In this document: one piece after another, positions 61,596-64,000 of the stretch
How the letters are laid out: each line of letters begins with the position of its first letter
Position numbering within the stretch: the first letter of the stretch is position 1
Source of the DNA: Armatimonadia bacterium
Lineage (GTDB): Bacteria > Armatimonadota > Zipacnadia > Zipacnadales > UBA11051
Direction of reading: 5' to 3'
NCBI GenBank assembly: GCA_039683575.1
Contig: JBDKRC010000137.1
Location: 1 to 64,000, forward strand
DNA length: 64,000 nucleotides
Program-made: the position numbers and the translations under genes
Notes under the pieces: generated by a model
The model's input: the letters and a program-made list of their open reading frames with translations, nothing else
Told to the model about the DNA's origin: nothing
The model's database searches: none

Positions 61596-63595
61596 ATTGC
61601 TCCCTCCTTTATCACGGTCGCGACCGGGTCGGCCATGGGCACCTGGGCGGTGTGGATCGTGTGAACTTCAGTCAGCGGCAGCAGTTCCGCGGCCTGCACG
61701 GCGCGAAGGGCCGCGCCTGACTCTGCGATGAGTTGTGCCACCGCTCCGCGAGTCCGGGCGGTGCATAGTACGGTCGCCGGGTGCCCCGGGGCGCCGAGAC
61801 GCTCTGCCAACTGCCTCAACATCGCGAACCATAGCGCTGCACGCTGAGGAGCCAAGGCCAGCGGCAGCCCCGAACGGTCCACGGCCGTTGCCAGTTCCTG
61901 CTCCAGTTCGCGCGCGAGTTCAACCACTTCGACGAAGCCACCGGGCGCCACCAGCCGCGTAATCGTCTGCGCCAGCGCGGGTCGCGCTGCCTCTGCCAGG
62001 TCGGCCGCTGTTCGGCCCTGCGCGGTTGCCAGCGCCTCCAGGAGCGATATCCGTTCAGTCAGGGGCACGCCCTCCGCCAACAGGCATCTGCCCACCTCAC
62101 GCACGTCGCTCAGCGTTACCCCTGCCTGCCTGACCGCCGCCACTGTCGCCGGATGCGTTACCTCCGCCATCTGCAGCAGTTCGGTCGCCCGCTGCAGGTC
62201 AAACAGCTCGGCGGCATGGCTGGTCACTGACGCCCGCACGTGCAACACCAACACCGCCAGCGGGTCCAGGACATGGTAGCTCGCTGCGTCCAAAGGCTGG
62301 GCATCGGTGTCTCGCAGCCAAGTCGCCTGCGCCCCATCCGGAAGGGCGGTTTCCAGCCCACCGCCCGGTAGCACCGCCTCCGCTACCGGAGCCACGAGCA
62401 AGCGCCCCGGGCGCAGTGTCGCCTCGGTGACCGTGCTGCCGCCCAACACGATGCGAAAACTGTTGCCCTGCAGGCCCTGCTCATCAGTCACGGCAAAAGG
62501 TGGCACCGCGAAGCCCAATTCGTCCGATAGCGCCCCGCGTGTCTTCGCCAGCAGCCCTGGCAAGTCGTGTCCGGCCACCAGGCCGATCAAGCCGAGGCCC
62601 AGCCGCAGTTCCAGTTGTCCTGCAGGCTGCTCCTCAGGCGGAGGGGGTTGCGACCACTGTGCACGGTGCAAGTACAAGCCGCAGGCGCCCACAAGCGCCG
62701 CCGACAGCAGCAGTGGAGCCTTCGCTATCCCCGGAGCCAGTCCCACCAACAACAGGGCCATCGCCACTGCCCCGATCAGCGCGGGACGCGCCACCAGTTC
62801 GCGCAGGAACGGTCCGCCTTCCGGCTGCTCCGCTGTCCGCGCCAGCAGCAGCGCCGCCGCGGCCCCCATCAGGATCGCCGAGATCATCAGGATCGTCGCC
62901 TGTCCCAGGGCGGGAATGGCCTGATCGGCCACCGGCATCCCGTTTGCCATGCCGGCCAGCGGAATGGCAACGGTGATCACCACTATGGCGATGGCGTCCC
63001 CCTTAAGAAACCGGGCCACCCCATCCATCGCGCCAAAGAAGCTCTGCTGGGCCTCCATCCGCCGCGCCTCGGCCGCTCCGGCTTCAGGAGTGAGACGTCC
63101 CGCCGAGAGCGCCGCCTCAAGTGCCATCTGCTTGCCTGGCATGGCGTCGAGCGCAAAGCGCGCAGCAACTTCGGCAAGGCGCATGACACCGAGGTTGATC
63201 ACTATGAAGGTGACAATTACCAGCAAGGCCAGCAGCACCACGGCGCTGAGAATCTGGCTCCCGCCGCCGGTCATCTGCATCCCGAGACTCTGTGCCAGCG
63301 AGCCCGCAGCGCCTCCGGTCGTGACTGCCCGCAGCGCCCCGAGGCACAGCCCCACCCGGAGCAGGCTCGCCGTCACCATCACCACGGGCAGCGAAGCAAA
63401 CCGCTCGACGCTTGCGGCCGAGGCCGCCAGAATCAGTACGGCCACCGCCAGCGCCAGATTAGCCGCGAATAGCGCGTCGAGCACCACGCCCGGCAGCGGC
63501 ATCACCAGCAACGCGAGCGCGACCAGCACGGCCAGCATTACCACGTGTTCACGTGTCAGCTTGAGCCTGGTTATTGGGCCGAGCAACTCAGCCAC
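61592..63595 (-). CDS. flhA: Divergent FlhA/SctV (FHIPEP) export-gate protein
   Basis: RLAEVAARFALDAMPGKQM, FFGAMDG.ARFLKGDAIA, ELGF..P; GTG 63595 after GGAGG. Confidence 0.85.
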   Translation of the reverse strand: MAELLGPITRLKLTREHVVMLAVLVALALLVMPLPGVVLDALFAANLALAVAVLILAASAASVERFASLPVVMVTASLLRVGLCLGALRAVTTGGAAGSLAQSLGMQMTGGGSQILSAVVLLALLVIVTFIVINLGVMRLAEVAARFALDAMPGKQMALEAALSAGRLTPEAGAAEARRMEAQQSFFGAMDGVARFLKGDAIAIVVITVAIPLAGMANGMPVADQAIPALGQATILMISAILMGAAAALLLARTAEQPEGGPFLRELVARPALIGAVAMALLLVGLAPGIAKAPLLLSAALVGACGLYLHRAQWSQPPPPEEQPAGQLELRLGLGLIGLVAGHDLPGLLAKTRGALSDELGFAVPPFAVTDEQGLQGNSFRIVLGGSTVTEATLRPGRLLVAPVAEAVLPGGGLETALPDGAQATWLRDTDAQPLDAASYHVLDPLAVLVLHVRASVTSHAAELFDLQRATELLQMAEVTHPATVAAVRQAGVTLSDVREVGRCLLAEGVPLTERISLLEALATAQGRTAADLAEAARPALAQTITRLVAPGGFVEVVELARELEQELATAVDRSGLPLALAPQRAALWFAMLRQLAERLGAPGHPATVLCTARTRGAVAQLIAESGAALRAVQAAELLPLTEVHTIHTAQVPMADPVATVIKEGAI

Positions 63596-63614
63596 GTAGC
63601 CCCTCCGTAATCGA

Positions 63615-64000
63615 TCATGAGCTTCTGCCCTTCCTTGCCCGCCGCTTCGCGAGCCCCGGCCCCTCCGTCTCCTTCTGCTCATCAAGAAGCTCCCGGTGTG
63701 ACAGACGCGCCTGTTGCATGTATGCCGCCCGCGTCCACAGCAGGTGTAGCAGCGCCATGCCAACGAGCACCGCGAGCCATCTCCCCCACGCCTGCGCCAG
63801 CGCCGGCCGCGCCCAGAGTTCCTGCCAACTCTCCGCCCGGCCCCACGCTCCCAACAGCCCCGCCAGCACTACTCCTCCACCAGCAAGTGCCACCGTCCCC
63901 AGCATCAGCCCCGGCCACTGCACTCCTCCACGCTTGGCCCGCCGCAAGCTTTTTCGCATCAGCCCCACGCTCTCTCCACTCCCTGCCTCACCCGTCTGCA
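63615..64000 (-). CDS. flhB: FlhB/SctU-like protein, 3' part, ending before the NPTH cytoplasmic domain (5' truncated by window)
   Basis: Two TM segments then Y....RLS.REL.DEQKETEG.....RR, the FlhB linker motif, followed by a stop. Confidence 0.72.
   Translation of the reverse strand, partial: QTGEAGSGESVGLMRKSLRRAKRGGVQWPGLMLGTVALAGGGVVLAGLLGAWGRAESWQELWARPALAQAWGRWLAVLVGMALLHLLWTRAAYMQQARLSHRELLDEQKETEGPGLAKRRARKGRSS

Noticed and set aside
63596-63763. Arg-rich N-terminal extension of FlhA, or a frameshifted FlhB C-domain
   Set aside because: It is an alternative frame of the flhB 3' end with no NPTH motif; the SD supports GTG at 63595.

Overview
High-GC bacterial chromosome segment, most consistent with Armatimonadota or a related diderm Terrabacterium (inference from a DUF1559 prepilin-like gene, an SLH/beta-barrel envelope protein, an insert-less DnaK and many large secreted carbohydrate-active proteins). 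In order: the right end of an IS1202/ISNCY-type insertion sequence; metF-metV; a block of large secreted glycan-acting proteins; class II photolyase, thioredoxin-like protein, ComF; a copper export unit (DUF1232-copZ-copA); a heat-shock operon (dnaK-hsp20-hsp20-orphan-dnaJ-hspR-three DUF2007-like genes-clpC-type ATPase) under a near-consensus promoter overlapped by a HAIR operator; a second glycan-utilisation-like locus (SGNH, YetA-like lyase, two DUF4091/GH123-like genes, UroD-fold, DUF1559) with two homopolymer frameshifts; an OmpM/SlpA-like protein with a collagen stalk and long structured leader; housekeeping genes (ftsB-like, eno, GT4, ppdK, S4, mazG, prsA); and at the right edge a divergent export cluster, flhB (naturally truncated)-flhA-fliA. 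The best candidates for an undescribed system are that reduced FlhB/FlhA/sigma-28 module and the HspR-controlled DUF2007 x3 + ClpC module. No rRNA, tRNA or CRISPR array was seen. All family calls are by motif recognition; no database searches were run.
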